The notes beneath the pieces are model-generated. The model searched no databases. It had not been told where the DNA came from and worked only from the letters and a program-made list of their open reading frames with translations. The position numbers and the translations under genes are program-made. A stretch of 64,000 nucleotides of DNA from an uncultured Acidimicrobiaceae bacterium (GTDB lineage Bacteria > Actinomycetota > Acidimicrobiia > Acidimicrobiales > RAAP-2), in NCBI GenBank assembly GCA_963812525.1, contig CAWEVL010000007.1, positions 9 through 64,008 on the forward strand, in the 5' to 3' direction. Positions 1 to 10,084 of this stretch are shown piece by piece (positions within the stretch are counted from its first letter, which is position 1; each line of letters opens with the position of its first letter).

Positions 1-9
1 GGGACGGCG

Positions 10-27
10 GGCCCACCCGGGTGGGCC
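10..27 (-). terminator. GC-rich perfect palindrome (ggcccacccgggtgggcc) about 20 nt downstream of the proS stop; candidate hairpin terminator without a U-tract
   Basis: 18-nt perfect inverted repeat read directly. It lies just 3' of the minus-strand proS stop at 48. Confidence 0.4.
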
Positions 28-47
28 GGTGACCGGGCCGGCGGCGA

Positions 48-1766
48 TCAGTGGGCCACCAGGTCCGAAACGGGGCTGTCCGCCGGGAGTTCCCCCTCCT
101 CCCCGGTGGCCCGGGACTTCCACTCCACCACGCCCCGGGCCAGGCCCTTGGCCCCCACCACCAGCCGGAGGGGTATCCCGAGGAGGTCGGCGTCGGCGAA
201 CTTGACGCCGGGGGACACGTCCCGGTCGTCGTAGAGGACGTCCACCTCCCCCGCCACCAGCCGCTCGTACAGCCGGTCGGCGGCGTCGGCCACCTCGGCG
301 GAACGCCCCGCCCCGAGCGCCGCCAGGTGGACCCGGAAGGGCGCGGCCTCGGCCGGCCAGGCCAGGCCCCGCTCGTCGTGGTGCTCCTCGGCCACCACGG
401 CCAGCAGCCGGCTCACCCCCATGCCGTAGCAGCCCATGGAGAAGATGTCCTCACGGCCGTCCTCGGTCACGAAGGACGAGCCCGGCATGACCTCGGAGTA
501 CTTGTGCCCCAGCTGGAAGGTATGGGCCGCCTCCACCGAGCGCACCAGCTGGAGCGGCCCACCGCAGCGCGGGCAGTTGTCGCCCGGGACCACCTGGGCG
601 AACGACCCCCACTCGTCGACCACCACGTCGCGATCGAGCACCACCGAGCCGAGGTGGACATCCTTCCGGTTGGCCCCGGTGATCCACGGTCCCGGTCGGG
701 CCACCCCCAGGTCGGCCACCACCCGGATGCCGTGGGCCTGCTGGCCGATCGGTCCGATGTACCCCTTGACCAGCGACGGGTGCTCGGCGAAGTCGGCGTC
801 CTCGAACAGGCGCCACCCGCTGGGCAGCCGGGCCTCGCGGTCGCCGGGCAGCAGCACCAGGGTGGGGCGGCCCTCGGCGTCGAGCACGGCCAGGCTCTTC
901 AGGAAGTCGGCAGGCCCCACAGACTCGTCGGCGAAGTACTCCACCACGTCGGCGATCCCCGGCCGGCCGGGCGTGTGGTGCTCGACGACCGGGCCGACCT
1001 CCGCGGTACTGCCGGAGGCCAAGCCGTCGCCGTCGGCGCCGGCCCGGCGGGTGGCCGCCTCCACGTTGGCGGCGTAGCCACAGGACGGGCAGGACACGAA
1101 GTGGTCCTCGCCCACCGGTGAGGCCACCATGAACTCGTGGTTCACGTCACCCCCGATGGCCCCGGCCTGAGCCTCCACCGGGGTCACGGCCAGGCCCAGC
1201 CGCCCGAAGATGCGGAGGTAGGCGTCGAAGACCGTGCGGTACGACGCCTGCATGGCCTCCTTGTCCACGTCGAACGAGTAGGCGTCGGCCATGATCAGCT
1301 CACGGGTCCGGAGCAGCCCGAACCGGGGTCGGGCCTCGTCCCGGAACTTGACCTGGATCTGATAGACGGTGAGCGGCAGCTGGCGGTAGGAATCGACCTC
1401 GGCCCCGACCGTCACCGTCACCACCTCCTCGTGCGTCGGCCCGAGCACGAAGGTGCCGCCCCGGGCGTCCACCGTCATGGCCGGGAGGGCGTCGCTCCCG
1501 AACAGGGCGGCCCGACCGGACTGCTCCCACAGTTCGATGGGGTGCAGGGCGGGGAGGAGGACCTCCTGGCAGCCGGCGGCGTCGAGCTCCTCGCGGATGA
1601 CCCGCTCCACCCGGGCCAGCACCCGTAACCCGAGCGGGAGGAAGGTGTACACACCCGAGGCCAGGCGGCGGATGTAGCCGGCCCGGACCAGGAGCTGGTG
1701 GCTGGCCACCTCGGCGTCGGCCGGGGCCTCTCGCAGGGTGCGGACCAGGAGCCGGGACATGCGCAT
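48..1766 (-). CDS. proS: Prolyl-tRNA synthetase (bacterial type with editing insertion)
   Basis: 572-aa ORF. The N-terminus MSRLLVRTLREAPADAEVASHQLLVRAGYIRR and the class II motifs are typical of ProRS. Confidence 0.95.
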   Translation of the reverse strand: MRMSRLLVRTLREAPADAEVASHQLLVRAGYIRRLASGVYTFLPLGLRVLARVERVIREELDAAGCQEVLLPALHPIELWEQSGRAALFGSDALPAMTVDARGGTFVLGPTHEEVVTVTVGAEVDSYRQLPLTVYQIQVKFRDEARPRFGLLRTRELIMADAYSFDVDKEAMQASYRTVFDAYLRIFGRLGLAVTPVEAQAGAIGGDVNHEFMVASPVGEDHFVSCPSCGYAANVEAATRRAGADGDGLASGSTAEVGPVVEHHTPGRPGIADVVEYFADESVGPADFLKSLAVLDAEGRPTLVLLPGDREARLPSGWRLFEDADFAEHPSLVKGYIGPIGQQAHGIRVVADLGVARPGPWITGANRKDVHLGSVVLDRDVVVDEWGSFAQVVPGDNCPRCGGPLQLVRSVEAAHTFQLGHKYSEVMPGSSFVTEDGREDIFSMGCYGMGVSRLLAVVAEEHHDERGLAWPAEAAPFRVHLAALGAGRSAEVADAADRLYERLVAGEVDVLYDDRDVSPGVKFADADLLGIPLRLVVGAKGLARGVVEWKSRATGEEGELPADSPVSDLVAH

Positions 1767-1814
1767 GGTCGGCGATCCTACCGGTCGCCGGACCGCCGGC
1801 CGGGAGCCCGCCGG

Positions 1815-3068
1815 TCAGGACGCGTCGGGCTCGGCGCCGTACTTCTTGCGGATGAGCTCCACTTTGGTCTCCGAGGCGTTGGCGTCCTCGCCCTTGGCGT
1901 CGAGCAGGGCCTGCCGGTCGGCCTCGGCCTCGGCCTCGGCTCCGGCGTCGGCCGCCGCCAACCGGGCCTCCACCCCCTCGGACACCAGCTGCTCGGCTTC
2001 GGCCACCAGGGCCTCGACCATCTCGTCCTCGGGCACCACCCGCACGATCTTGCCCTTGATGAACAGATGGCCGCGCCGGCGTCCGGCGGCGATGCCCAGG
2101 TCGGCCTCACGGGCCTCGCCGGGACCGTTGACCACACAGCCCATCACCGCCACCTGGATGGGCAGGTTCCGGTCCTCCAGGGCCGTCTGGGCGGCCCGGG
2201 CCACGGCGATGACGTCGATCTCGGCGCGCCCGCAGCTGGGGCAGGCGATCAGGTCCAGGCCCTTGCGCTCCCGCAGGCCCAGGGCCTCGAGCAGCTGCCG
2301 GCCGGCCCGGGCCTCTTCCACCGGGTCGGCGGTGAGCGAGTAGCGGATGGTGTCCCCGATGCCCTCGGCCAGCAGGGTGGCGATCCCGGCCGTGCCCTTC
2401 AACAGGCCGGCGGGCGGGGGGCCGGCCTCGGTCACGCCCAGGTGGAGGGGATGGTCGAAGGTCGCCGAGGCCAGCCGGTACGACTCGATCATCAACGGCA
2501 CCGAGGAGGCCTTCACCGAGATCTTCACGTCGTCGAACCCCACCTCGGCGAAGTAGTCCAGCTCCATGCGGGCCGATTCCACCAGCGCCTCGGGGGTAGC
2601 ACCGCCGAACCGCTTGTACAGCTCGGGGTGGAGGGACCCGGCGTTGACCCCGATGCGGATGGGCACACCGCGGTCCTTGGCCTCGGAGGCCACCTGCTTG
2701 ATCTCGTGGGCCTTGCGCAGGTTGCCCGGGTTGAGCCGGAGGCCCTGCACCCCCGCCTCCAGGGCGGCCAGGGCCATCTCGTGGTGGAAGTGGATGTCGG
2801 CGATGATCGGCACCGGGGAACGGGGCACGATCCGGGCCAGGCCCTCGGCGGCCGCCTCCTCGTTGCAGGTGCACCGGACCAGGTCGGCGCCGGCGGCGGC
2901 CAGCGCGTAGATCTGGGTCAGGGTGGCCTCGGCGTCGGCCGTCTTGGTGGTGGTCATGGACTGGACGGTGACCGGGGCCCCGCCTCCGACGGCCACGCCG
3001 CCCACGGTGATCCGACGGGTGGGCCTGCGTTCCGTGGTCGTCCAGGCCGTGCGTGCCATGCCCCCCAT
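1815..3068 (-). CDS. ispG: 4-hydroxy-3-methylbut-2-en-1-yl diphosphate synthase (MEP pathway)
   Basis: 417-aa ORF with VTVQSMTTT...DLVRCTCN and C-terminal CPSCGR / GCVVNGPGE Fe-S motifs. Confidence 0.95.
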   Translation of the reverse strand: MGGMARTAWTTTERRPTRRITVGGVAVGGGAPVTVQSMTTTKTADAEATLTQIYALAAAGADLVRCTCNEEAAAEGLARIVPRSPVPIIADIHFHHEMALAALEAGVQGLRLNPGNLRKAHEIKQVASEAKDRGVPIRIGVNAGSLHPELYKRFGGATPEALVESARMELDYFAEVGFDDVKISVKASSVPLMIESYRLASATFDHPLHLGVTEAGPPPAGLLKGTAGIATLLAEGIGDTIRYSLTADPVEEARAGRQLLEALGLRERKGLDLIACPSCGRAEIDVIAVARAAQTALEDRNLPIQVAVMGCVVNGPGEAREADLGIAAGRRRGHLFIKGKIVRVVPEDEMVEALVAEAEQLVSEGVEARLAAADAGAEAEAEADRQALLDAKGEDANASETKVELIRKKYGAEPDAS

Positions 3069-3132
3069 GCTACCGGTGACCGGTCCCTCCCCCCGGGGCG
3101 GCCATTCCCTCCACCGCCCACGAGGGATGGGC

Positions 3133-4470
3133 CTACCCGAAGGGGTTGGCCATGGGGTGGAGGATGTCGGTCAGGAAGGCCGGCACGATGAGCACGGCCA
3201 GGAACAGCATGAACACCCAGGTGAAGGGCATCAACTTGGCCACATCGGCGTGGTACATCACCTTGCGCCGGCCGGTTCGGATCTTCTCGTACACGGCGAT
3301 GGCCACGTGCCCGCCGTCCAGCGGCAGCATGGGGAACAGGTTGAACACCCCGAAGAAGATGTTGATGACGATCAGGATGTAGAGGTAGTCGCCGACGCCG
3401 GCGTGGAGCGCGTCGGTGGCGAGCCCGCCGATGCCCACGATGGACGAGGGCCGGGTGCCGTTGGCGGCCGCCTGACTGGCCGCCTTGGCGCTGGTCACCT
3501 GGTCGAATCGCTGACCCACGGCGGCCGGTGAGAAGAGATGCCCGATGCCGGCGACCGACGTCCAGGTCACGCTCCCGAGCTGCGAGCCCGTGGAGGTCAC
3601 GGCGCCGAGGGGCGAGCGGGTCTGCACCGGCCAACCCAGGCTGACCCCGATGATCCCGAACGGGGCGGTGCCCGGCGGGGACACCGAGTCCTTCTCGTGC
3701 TCGGTGCGGCCGTTGGCCGGGGTGACGGTCAGCGTCCGGACGGTGCCGCCGCGATCCACCACCACGGTCACCGGCTGGTCGGGATGGTCCCGGATGGCCG
3801 AGGTGAGCTCGGTCACGTTCCCACCGACGGGCTTGCCGTCGACCGACACCACGACGTCACCGGGCCGAACGCCGGCCACGGCCGCCGGGCTGGTCCGGCC
3901 GCCCACCGGATTGAGTCCCTGGATCTGCACCCGGTTCGAGTCGGGCACCCCGACGAAGGCCAGCAGCACCCACAGCAGGACGAAGGCCAACAGGAAGTGC
4001 ACGGCCGAGCCGGCCACGGCCACCAGCAGCCTCGAGTGGAACGGCCTGTCGCGATAGAGGCGGCCCTCGTCGGCCGGATCCACCTCCTCGAGGTTGGTCA
4101 TGCCCGGGATCTTCACGTAGCCGCCCAGGGGCAGCGCCTTGATCCCGTACTCGGTCTCGCCGCGTCGGAACGACCACAGCCGGGGGCCGAAGCCCACGAA
4201 GTACTCGGTGACCTTCATCCCGCCACGCTTGGCCGTCAGGAAGTGCCCGAGCTCGTGGAGCATCACGATGACGATGATGGAGACCACCACGATCAGCAGG
4301 TCCACGTGACCGGTGACCACGGCCAGGGCCACGATGACGGCGACGGCGGCCACCAGCTCGCCGGCCAGCCGTCGGGGCGACTTCGCCGGCGGGGACACCG
4401 GACGCGGCCCCGACCCCGCCGGGTCGCCGCCACCCTCACGGGGGACGCGACGGAGCTCGGTCGTACTCAC
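3133..4470 (-). CDS. rseP: Site-2 (M50) zinc metalloprotease, RseP/Rip1-like, with PDZ domain
   Basis: HELGHF zinc motif, multiple TM segments and a PDZ-like middle region. The GTG start at 4470 overlaps the dxr stop (GTGA). It is in the same frame as the 1100-aa track ORF. Confidence 0.85.
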   Translation of the reverse strand: MSTTELRRVPREGGGDPAGSGPRPVSPPAKSPRRLAGELVAAVAVIVALAVVTGHVDLLIVVVSIIVIVMLHELGHFLTAKRGGMKVTEYFVGFGPRLWSFRRGETEYGIKALPLGGYVKIPGMTNLEEVDPADEGRLYRDRPFHSRLLVAVAGSAVHFLLAFVLLWVLLAFVGVPDSNRVQIQGLNPVGGRTSPAAVAGVRPGDVVVSVDGKPVGGNVTELTSAIRDHPDQPVTVVVDRGGTVRTLTVTPANGRTEHEKDSVSPPGTAPFGIIGVSLGWPVQTRSPLGAVTSTGSQLGSVTWTSVAGIGHLFSPAAVGQRFDQVTSAKAASQAAANGTRPSSIVGIGGLATDALHAGVGDYLYILIVINIFFGVFNLFPMLPLDGGHVAIAVYEKIRTGRRKVMYHADVAKLMPFTWVFMLFLAVLIVPAFLTDILHPMANPFG

Positions 4471-5727
4471 GCCGCCTCCCGTCCGCCGACGACCCGCTCG
4501 GCCACCCGCCGGGCGGCGGCGTCGGCCTCGAGGACGTCCGCCACGGAGCGTTCGGCGCCGGTCCCGCCCCATCGAGGGCGCTTCGTACTGGTCGAGCGTG
4601 CCCTCGACCACCGGGGCGATGGACGACCACCCGATCCGTTCGTCCAGGAAGGCGGCCACCGCCACCTCGTTGGCGGCATTCAGCCAGGCCGGGGCCAGGT
4701 CCCCCACCCGGCCGGCCCGGTAGGCCAGGTCGAGACAGGGGAAGACGCCACGGTCGGGCTCCTCGAACTCGAGGGCCGAGAGCTTGGTCCAGTCGATGGC
4801 GCCGTAGGCCACCGGCAGCCGTTCGGGGTAGGTCAGGGCGTAGCCGATCGGAAGGCGCATGTCGGGCATGGACAGCTGGCCCACGGCCGCCCCGTCCACG
4901 AACTCGACCATGGAGTGGACGATCGACTGGGGGTGGACGACCACGTCGATGGCGTCATAGGGGACACCGAACAGCTCGTGCGCCTCGATGACCTCGAGAC
5001 CCTTGTTCATCAGCGTGGAGGAGTCCACGGTGATCTTCGGACCCATGGACCACGTCGGATGGGCCAGGGCGTCGGCCACCGTGACCCCGGCCAGCTCCTC
5101 GCTGGTCCTCCCCCGGAACGGCCCGCCCGAGGCGGTGATCAGCAGCCGGGCCACGGCCCCGGGGTCGCCGGCCCGAAGGCACTGGTGGACGGCACAGTGT
5201 TCGGAGTCCACCGGGATCAGCTCGGCTCCCGGGGTGCGGCGCGACCGCTGGACCAACGGGGCCCCGGCGATGATCGACTCCTTGTTGGCCAGGGCCAGGC
5301 GTCGTCCGGCGTCCAGGGCGGCCAGGGTCACCGAGAGCCCGGCGAAGCCCACCACCCCGTTGACCGCCACTTGGGCCAGCGTGGCGATGTGGGCCAGGCC
5401 CTCGGTGCCCACCACCACCTCCACACCCGGCCCCAGCCGCTCGGCCAGGTCGGGGGCGAGGGCGGGGTCGCCGATGGCCACCACCGTCGGATGCAACCGT
5501 CGGCTCTGGGCCACCAGCTGGTCGACCGACCGGTGGGCCCCCAGGGCCACCACGTCGAACCGCTCCGGGCACGCCTCCATGACCTCGACGGCCTGGGTGC
5601 CGATGGACCCGGTCGACCCGATCAGGCTCACCGTGACCGGCCGCGGGCCGGGGATCCCAGCCGCCCCGCCCGACCGGTGCGGACCGTCGGAGCCGACCGC
5701 CTCGATGCCCCTCGTGGCCCGTGTCAT
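4467..5727 (-). CDS. dxr: 1-deoxy-D-xylulose 5-phosphate reductoisomerase, with an apparent +1 frameshift near 4567-4570
   Basis: The body (LIGSTGSIGTQAVEV...) is in the frame of ORF 3133..6435. The conserved C-terminus (ERSVADVLEADAAARRVAERVV) is in the frame of ORF 4467..4679 and ends in a TGA overlapping the rseP GTG. ATG start at 5727. Confidence 0.85.
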
Positions 5728-5747
5728 CCCTCTAGCCTGCCCGAAAT

Positions 5748-7880
5748 TCAGCCAATGTTCAGGGCGCGGACCAGGTAGTAGGTGGCCGGGAGCACGAACA
5801 ACAGGGCATCCACCCGGTCGAGCACCCCCCCGTGGCCGGGCAGGAGGCGGCCCATGTCCTTCAGCCCGAGGTCCCGCTTGAGCAGGGATTCGCACAGGTC
5901 CCCGATGGGGGCCACCACGGCCACCACCACGCCCAGGAGGGCGGCGTTGGAGGGGCTCCAGGGATGGATGGCCCCGACCACCACCGTCGAGAAGAGAATG
6001 GAGAAGACGGCGCCGCCGAACAGTCCCTCCCAGGTCTTGTTGGGGCTGATCCTGGGGGCCAGGGGTCGGCTGCCGAGCCAGCCCCCGATGACGAGGGCCC
6101 CGATGTCGTTGGCCACGGTGGCGATGATGGCCCCGAGCAGGAAGGCGATGCCGTGCCGGTCGGGGAAGGTGGAGGGCGAGAGCAGGAGGCCGGCGTAGGC
6201 CCCGAGCAGCGAGACCCAGCCCACGGTCAGCAGGGTGGCGGCCGTCCCGGCCACCGGTGACCCCCGCTCGATGCCCAACAGGTACCAGATCAACGTGAAG
6301 ACGGTGATCAGCACCAGCACCAGCGGGAGGGCGGCCACCCCCTTGGCGTAGGCACCGACCATCAGGGAGATGGTGCCGACCAGCCCCAGCAGGCTGGCCG
6401 GATGGTAGCCGGCCCCCCGGAGGACCCCGAAGCACTCGCCGGCGGCGAAGGTCACCACGATCAGGCTCAGTACCAGCGAGGGCACGGTGCCCAGCTTGAA
6501 GGCCAGCAGCGCCACCACGGCGACGGCGATGCCGGTGCCCACCCGAACACCGATGGAGCTGCCCCCGGCCCGGTCGGGGTCGACGGACGGGGGTCGTGGC
6601 CGGCGGCGGGCGGGCGGGCCGCCCCCGGTCGGCGCGCCACCTTCCTCCGCCTCCGCGTCCGGTGCCGGGCGGGACGCGGCCGGTCGTCGAAGGGAACGGC
6701 GGCGGAGACCGGCGCCGGCGACCACGGCCGCCTCGGCCTCCCCCGGCCCGGCCTCCGGGGCCTGGTCGGCGGCGGCGTCGCCGGCCCGCTCGGCGGTGCG
6801 GTCGGCCGCGGCCAGCCCGGCCACCCCCACCCGTTTCCGGCCGGCGCCCGGCACGTCGGTCACCGATGCACCGGGGGGCTCGGCGGCCAGGGGAGCCTCG
6901 ACTGACGGATCCACATCGTCGGGCCGCTTGGCCCGCATCCGGGCCGGCAGCAGTCCGGCCCGCCGCGTCCGGCCCAGGCGGGCGGAGCCGGTGGGCAACG
7001 GTTTCTCGTCGTGTGGGTCGTCGGCGCCGGGGTCGCCCGGTGAGGCCGGGCCGGGCCGCTCCGACTCGCTCCTACTGCCGGCCATGGCGGCGGCGGCCAC
7101 CGCCGGGACCACCGAGGTCGGCTCGGGGGCCTCCTCGGGCTCGGGAGTCCGTGGTGACGGGTCCCCGGAGGGTCCGGTGGTGCGTGCCGATGCCGGGGCC
7201 ACCACCTCGGTGGGCTCGGTGATCGGGTCGTCGGCTGAGGGCGGGGTGGCCGGCTGGGCGGCGACCTTCCTGACCGCACCGGTCGGGGGGGGCGACGACG
7301 AGTCGAGGTCGAACTCCCAGGGCCGGCGGTCGGCCTCCGAGTCATCGGTTTCGTCCAGCGACCCCAGGGCCACTTCGTCATTGGCGTACATGGCCGGCTC
7401 GAACTCCTCGTCGTGAGCCACCCAGTCGGCGTCCTCCTCCCGCCAGGTCGGGGCCACGATCCCTGGGCCCGGCGAGTCCTCCCCGCTGTCGCGGGAGAGC
7501 ACCGCCGGCACCTGGCCGGTCGGGGGCTCGGTCCAGTGGGGCAACTCGGTCGGGGCGGCCGTGCCGCTCGGCACCGCCGTCTCGCCGGGTCGCACCGGAT
7601 CGACCCCGGAGGCTCCCGCCCCACCGGGCTCGTCGGTCAGGTGGACCGACGGCTGGTCGAAGAGGGTGTCCTCCCGGTCGAGCACGGCCTGGGCCTCGTC
7701 GACCTCGTCGTCCCCCACCACCTCGTCCCGGACCACCGGGAGCTCCCCGGTGATCTCCCCCGCTGGCTCGGCGCCCACGATCCGGACCCGTTCGGTGGCC
7801 GGGCCGGTGACGGCGTCGCCCCCTGCCACAGGCAGGTCGGTCCGGTCCACGTCATCCTCTCCCTCTGGGACGTCGTCCAC
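5748..7880 (-). CDS. cdsA: Phosphatidate cytidylyltransferase with a 440-aa acidic, proline-rich N-terminal extension
   Basis: The C-terminal 270 aa is a typical CdsA membrane domain (NKTWEG...GDLCESLLKRD...GHGGVLDRVD). The GTG start at 7880 is preceded by GGAAGGA 10 nt upstream. There is no in-frame stop across the extension. Confidence 0.8.
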   Translation of the reverse strand: MDDVPEGEDDVDRTDLPVAGGDAVTGPATERVRIVGAEPAGEITGELPVVRDEVVGDDEVDEAQAVLDREDTLFDQPSVHLTDEPGGAGASGVDPVRPGETAVPSGTAAPTELPHWTEPPTGQVPAVLSRDSGEDSPGPGIVAPTWREEDADWVAHDEEFEPAMYANDEVALGSLDETDDSEADRRPWEFDLDSSSPPPTGAVRKVAAQPATPPSADDPITEPTEVVAPASARTTGPSGDPSPRTPEPEEAPEPTSVVPAVAAAAMAGSRSESERPGPASPGDPGADDPHDEKPLPTGSARLGRTRRAGLLPARMRAKRPDDVDPSVEAPLAAEPPGASVTDVPGAGRKRVGVAGLAAADRTAERAGDAAADQAPEAGPGEAEAAVVAGAGLRRRSLRRPAASRPAPDAEAEEGGAPTGGGPPARRRPRPPSVDPDRAGGSSIGVRVGTGIAVAVVALLAFKLGTVPSLVLSLIVVTFAAGECFGVLRGAGYHPASLLGLVGTISLMVGAYAKGVAALPLVLVLITVFTLIWYLLGIERGSPVAGTAATLLTVGWVSLLGAYAGLLLSPSTFPDRHGIAFLLGAIIATVANDIGALVIGGWLGSRPLAPRISPNKTWEGLFGGAVFSILFSTVVVGAIHPWSPSNAALLGVVVAVVAPIGDLCESLLKRDLGLKDMGRLLPGHGGVLDRVDALLFVLPATYYLVRALNIG

Positions 7881-7930
7881 GTCAGTTGTTTCCTTCCATC
7901 GACCGGGGTCGGACCAGGTCCGGCCCGGTG

Positions 7931-8500
7931 TCAGATCTCGAGGAGCTCCTGCTCCTTGTGGGCGAGGAGCCGATCGATGGCGGCCACGTGGTCGTGGGTG
8001 ATCTTGTCGAGGTCCTTCTCCACCCGATCCAGCTCGTCGGTGGAGAGGTCGCCGTCCTTCTGCATGGCGTCGAGATCGTGGCGGGCCGACCGGCGGAGAT
8101 TGCGCACCGTGACCCGGCCTTCCTCGGCCTTCTGCTTGACCACCTTGACCAACTCCTTGCGGCGCTGCTCGGTGGGGATGGGGAACGACAGCCGGATCAC
8201 CGTTCCGTCGTTGGACGGCGTGATGCCCAGGTCAGAGGTCTGCAGGGCCTTCTCGATGGCAGGAAGGGAGCCCTTGTCGTAGGGCGACACGACGAGGAGG
8301 CGGGCCTCGGGCACGCTGAACCCGGCCAGCTGCCGCAGCTCGGTCTCGGCGCCGTAGTAGTCGATCTTGAGGTGCTCGACCAGGGACGGCGTGGCCCGCC
8401 CGGTCCGGACCGACCCGAACTCGGCCTGGGCGTGGTCGACGGCCTTGGCCATGTGCTCCCTGGCGTCGCCCACCACCATCGCGATCAGGTCGTCGTCCAT
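7931..8500 (-). CDS. frr: Ribosome recycling factor
   Basis: Frr signature sequence (SVRTGRATPSLVEHLKIDYYG...). The ATG at 8500 is preferred over the GTG at 8536 on ortholog length grounds. Confidence 0.9.
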   Translation of the reverse strand: MDDDLIAMVVGDAREHMAKAVDHAQAEFGSVRTGRATPSLVEHLKIDYYGAETELRQLAGFSVPEARLLVVSPYDKGSLPAIEKALQTSDLGITPSNDGTVIRLSFPIPTEQRRKELVKVVKQKAEEGRVTVRNLRRSARHDLDAMQKDGDLSTDELDRVEKDLDKITHDHVAAIDRLLAHKEQELLEI

Positions 8501-8561
8501 TAGCGAACCAGCGTAGCCAGCAGGGTGGTACTCCACCCGGATGAGGTCGTCACCTGGCCCT

Positions 8562-9281
8562 TCATCGGACCAGGGTACCGATGGACTCGCCGCCGAGGGC
8601 CCGCTTGATGTTGCCCGGCTCCATCAGGTCGAACACGCGGATGGGGAGGCCGTTGTCCATGCAGAAGGTGATGGCGGTGAGGTCCATCACCCGCAGGTCC
8701 TTGGCCACCACCTCCATGAACGAGACCTCGTCGTACCGGGTGGCCTCGGGATCGACCCGGGGGTCGGCGCTGTAGACGCCGTCCACCCCGCCGTGGGTCC
8801 CCTTGCACAGCAGGTCGGCCTCGATCTCCGCGGCCCGCAGGGCGGCCGAGGTGTCGGTGGTGAAGTAGGGGTTCCCCATGCCGGCGGCGAACACCACCAC
8901 CCGGCCCTTCTCGATGTGGCGGATGGCCCGACGGCGGATGTAGGGCTCGGCCACCTCCGCCATCTGGATGGCCGAGAGGACCCGGGTCGCCTGGCCGTGG
9001 TGCTCGAGGGCGTCCTGCAGGGCCAGTGCGTTGATCACCGTCCCGAGCATGCCCATGGCGTCCGAGGTGGCCCGGTCCATGCCGGCGCCCGCCCCGGTGG
9101 TCCCCCGCCAGATGTTGCCTCCGCCGACCATCACGGCCAACTCGAGGTCGAAGACCTCGCGGGTGTGGGCGATCTCCACGGCCAGCTGCTCGACCACGGT
9201 GGCGTCGATGGTCTCGTCGGACGCCGAGGAGGCCAGGGCCTCCCCGGACATCTTCAGGACGATGCGCCGTCGATCACCCAC
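8562..9281 (-). CDS. pyrH: UMP kinase
   Basis: 239-aa ORF with IVLKMSGEAL...GGGNIWRG motifs. Confidence 0.95.
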   Translation of the reverse strand: MGDRRRIVLKMSGEALASSASDETIDATVVEQLAVEIAHTREVFDLELAVMVGGGNIWRGTTGAGAGMDRATSDAMGMLGTVINALALQDALEHHGQATRVLSAIQMAEVAEPYIRRRAIRHIEKGRVVVFAAGMGNPYFTTDTSAALRAAEIEADLLCKGTHGGVDGVYSADPRVDPEATRYDEVSFMEVVAKDLRVMDLTAITFCMDNGLPIRVFDLMEPGNIKRALGGESIGTLVR

Positions 9282-9288
9282 CGCTGCC

Positions 9289-10083
9289 TCAGTCGCCGAC
9301 GACGACCTGGGCGAATTGCGTCACCGAGGCAGACCCGAGGATCTTGGCGATGGTCTGCTTCTCGTCCTTCACGTAGGGCTGGTCGAGGAGCACCCGCTCT
9401 TTGTACCAGCCGTTCAGGCGCCCGTCGACGACCTTGGCCAGCGCGGCGTCCGGCTTCCCCTCGTTGCGGGCGATCTTCTCGACGGTCTCGCGCTCGGCGG
9501 CCACTTCGGCCTCGGGCACGTCCTGGCGCGCCAGGTAGATGGGCCGGGCGAAGGCGATGTGGGCGGCGATGTCGTGGGCCAGCTCCTTGGACCCGCCCTG
9601 GAGGGCGACGACCACCGCGTTGACGCCGCGACCGGCCTGCAGGTGCAGATAGGAGTCGACCACGCCGTCCGACGGGGCCTCGATGCGGACCACCTCACCC
9701 ACCGAGATGTTCTCCTTGAGGGTGATCTTCATCGTGTCGATCTCGTCGGCCTTCTCCTTCAGGGCGTCCTCCCCTTGGGCCGCCACCAGGTCGGCCAGGG
9801 TGGAGACGAAGGCCACGAACTGGTCGGACTTGGCCACGAAGTCGGTCTCCGATCGGAGCTGGACGATGGCGGCCACCCCGTCGGCGTGCCCGATGGCCAC
9901 CGCCCCCTCGGAGGCGTCGCGATCGGCCCGCTTGGCCTGGCTGGCCAACCCCTTCTCCCGGAGTGCGGTCACCGCCTTGTCGATGTCACCGCCCGTTTCC
10001 ACGAGGGCGTTCCTGGCGTCGAGCATGCCCACGCCGGTCATCTGGCGGAGTTTCTGGACGTCCTTGGCGGAGAAGTCGGGCAC
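9289..10083 (-). CDS. tsf: Elongation factor Ts
   Basis: N-terminal UBA-like AKDVQKLRQMTGVGMLDARNALVETGGDIDKAV. It sits in the conserved rpsB-tsf-pyrH-frr order. Confidence 0.95.
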   Translation of the reverse strand: MPDFSAKDVQKLRQMTGVGMLDARNALVETGGDIDKAVTALREKGLASQAKRADRDASEGAVAIGHADGVAAIVQLRSETDFVAKSDQFVAFVSTLADLVAAQGEDALKEKADEIDTMKITLKENISVGEVVRIEAPSDGVVDSYLHLQAGRGVNAVVVALQGGSKELAHDIAAHIAFARPIYLARQDVPEAEVAAERETVEKIARNEGKPDAALAKVVDGRLNGWYKERVLLDQPYVKDEKQTIAKILGSASVTQFAQVVVGD

Positions 10084-10084
10084 G

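Noticed and set aside
3133-6435. 1100-aa ORF that looks like a giant multidomain protein (N-terminal junk, then Dxr, then RseP).
   Set aside because: The first 236 aa are a shadow overlapping cdsA in another frame. The Dxr and RseP parts are joined only because a 1-nt frameshift removes the native dxr stop. The true dxr C-terminus and stop are in the adjacent frame and form a GTGA overlap with the rseP start.
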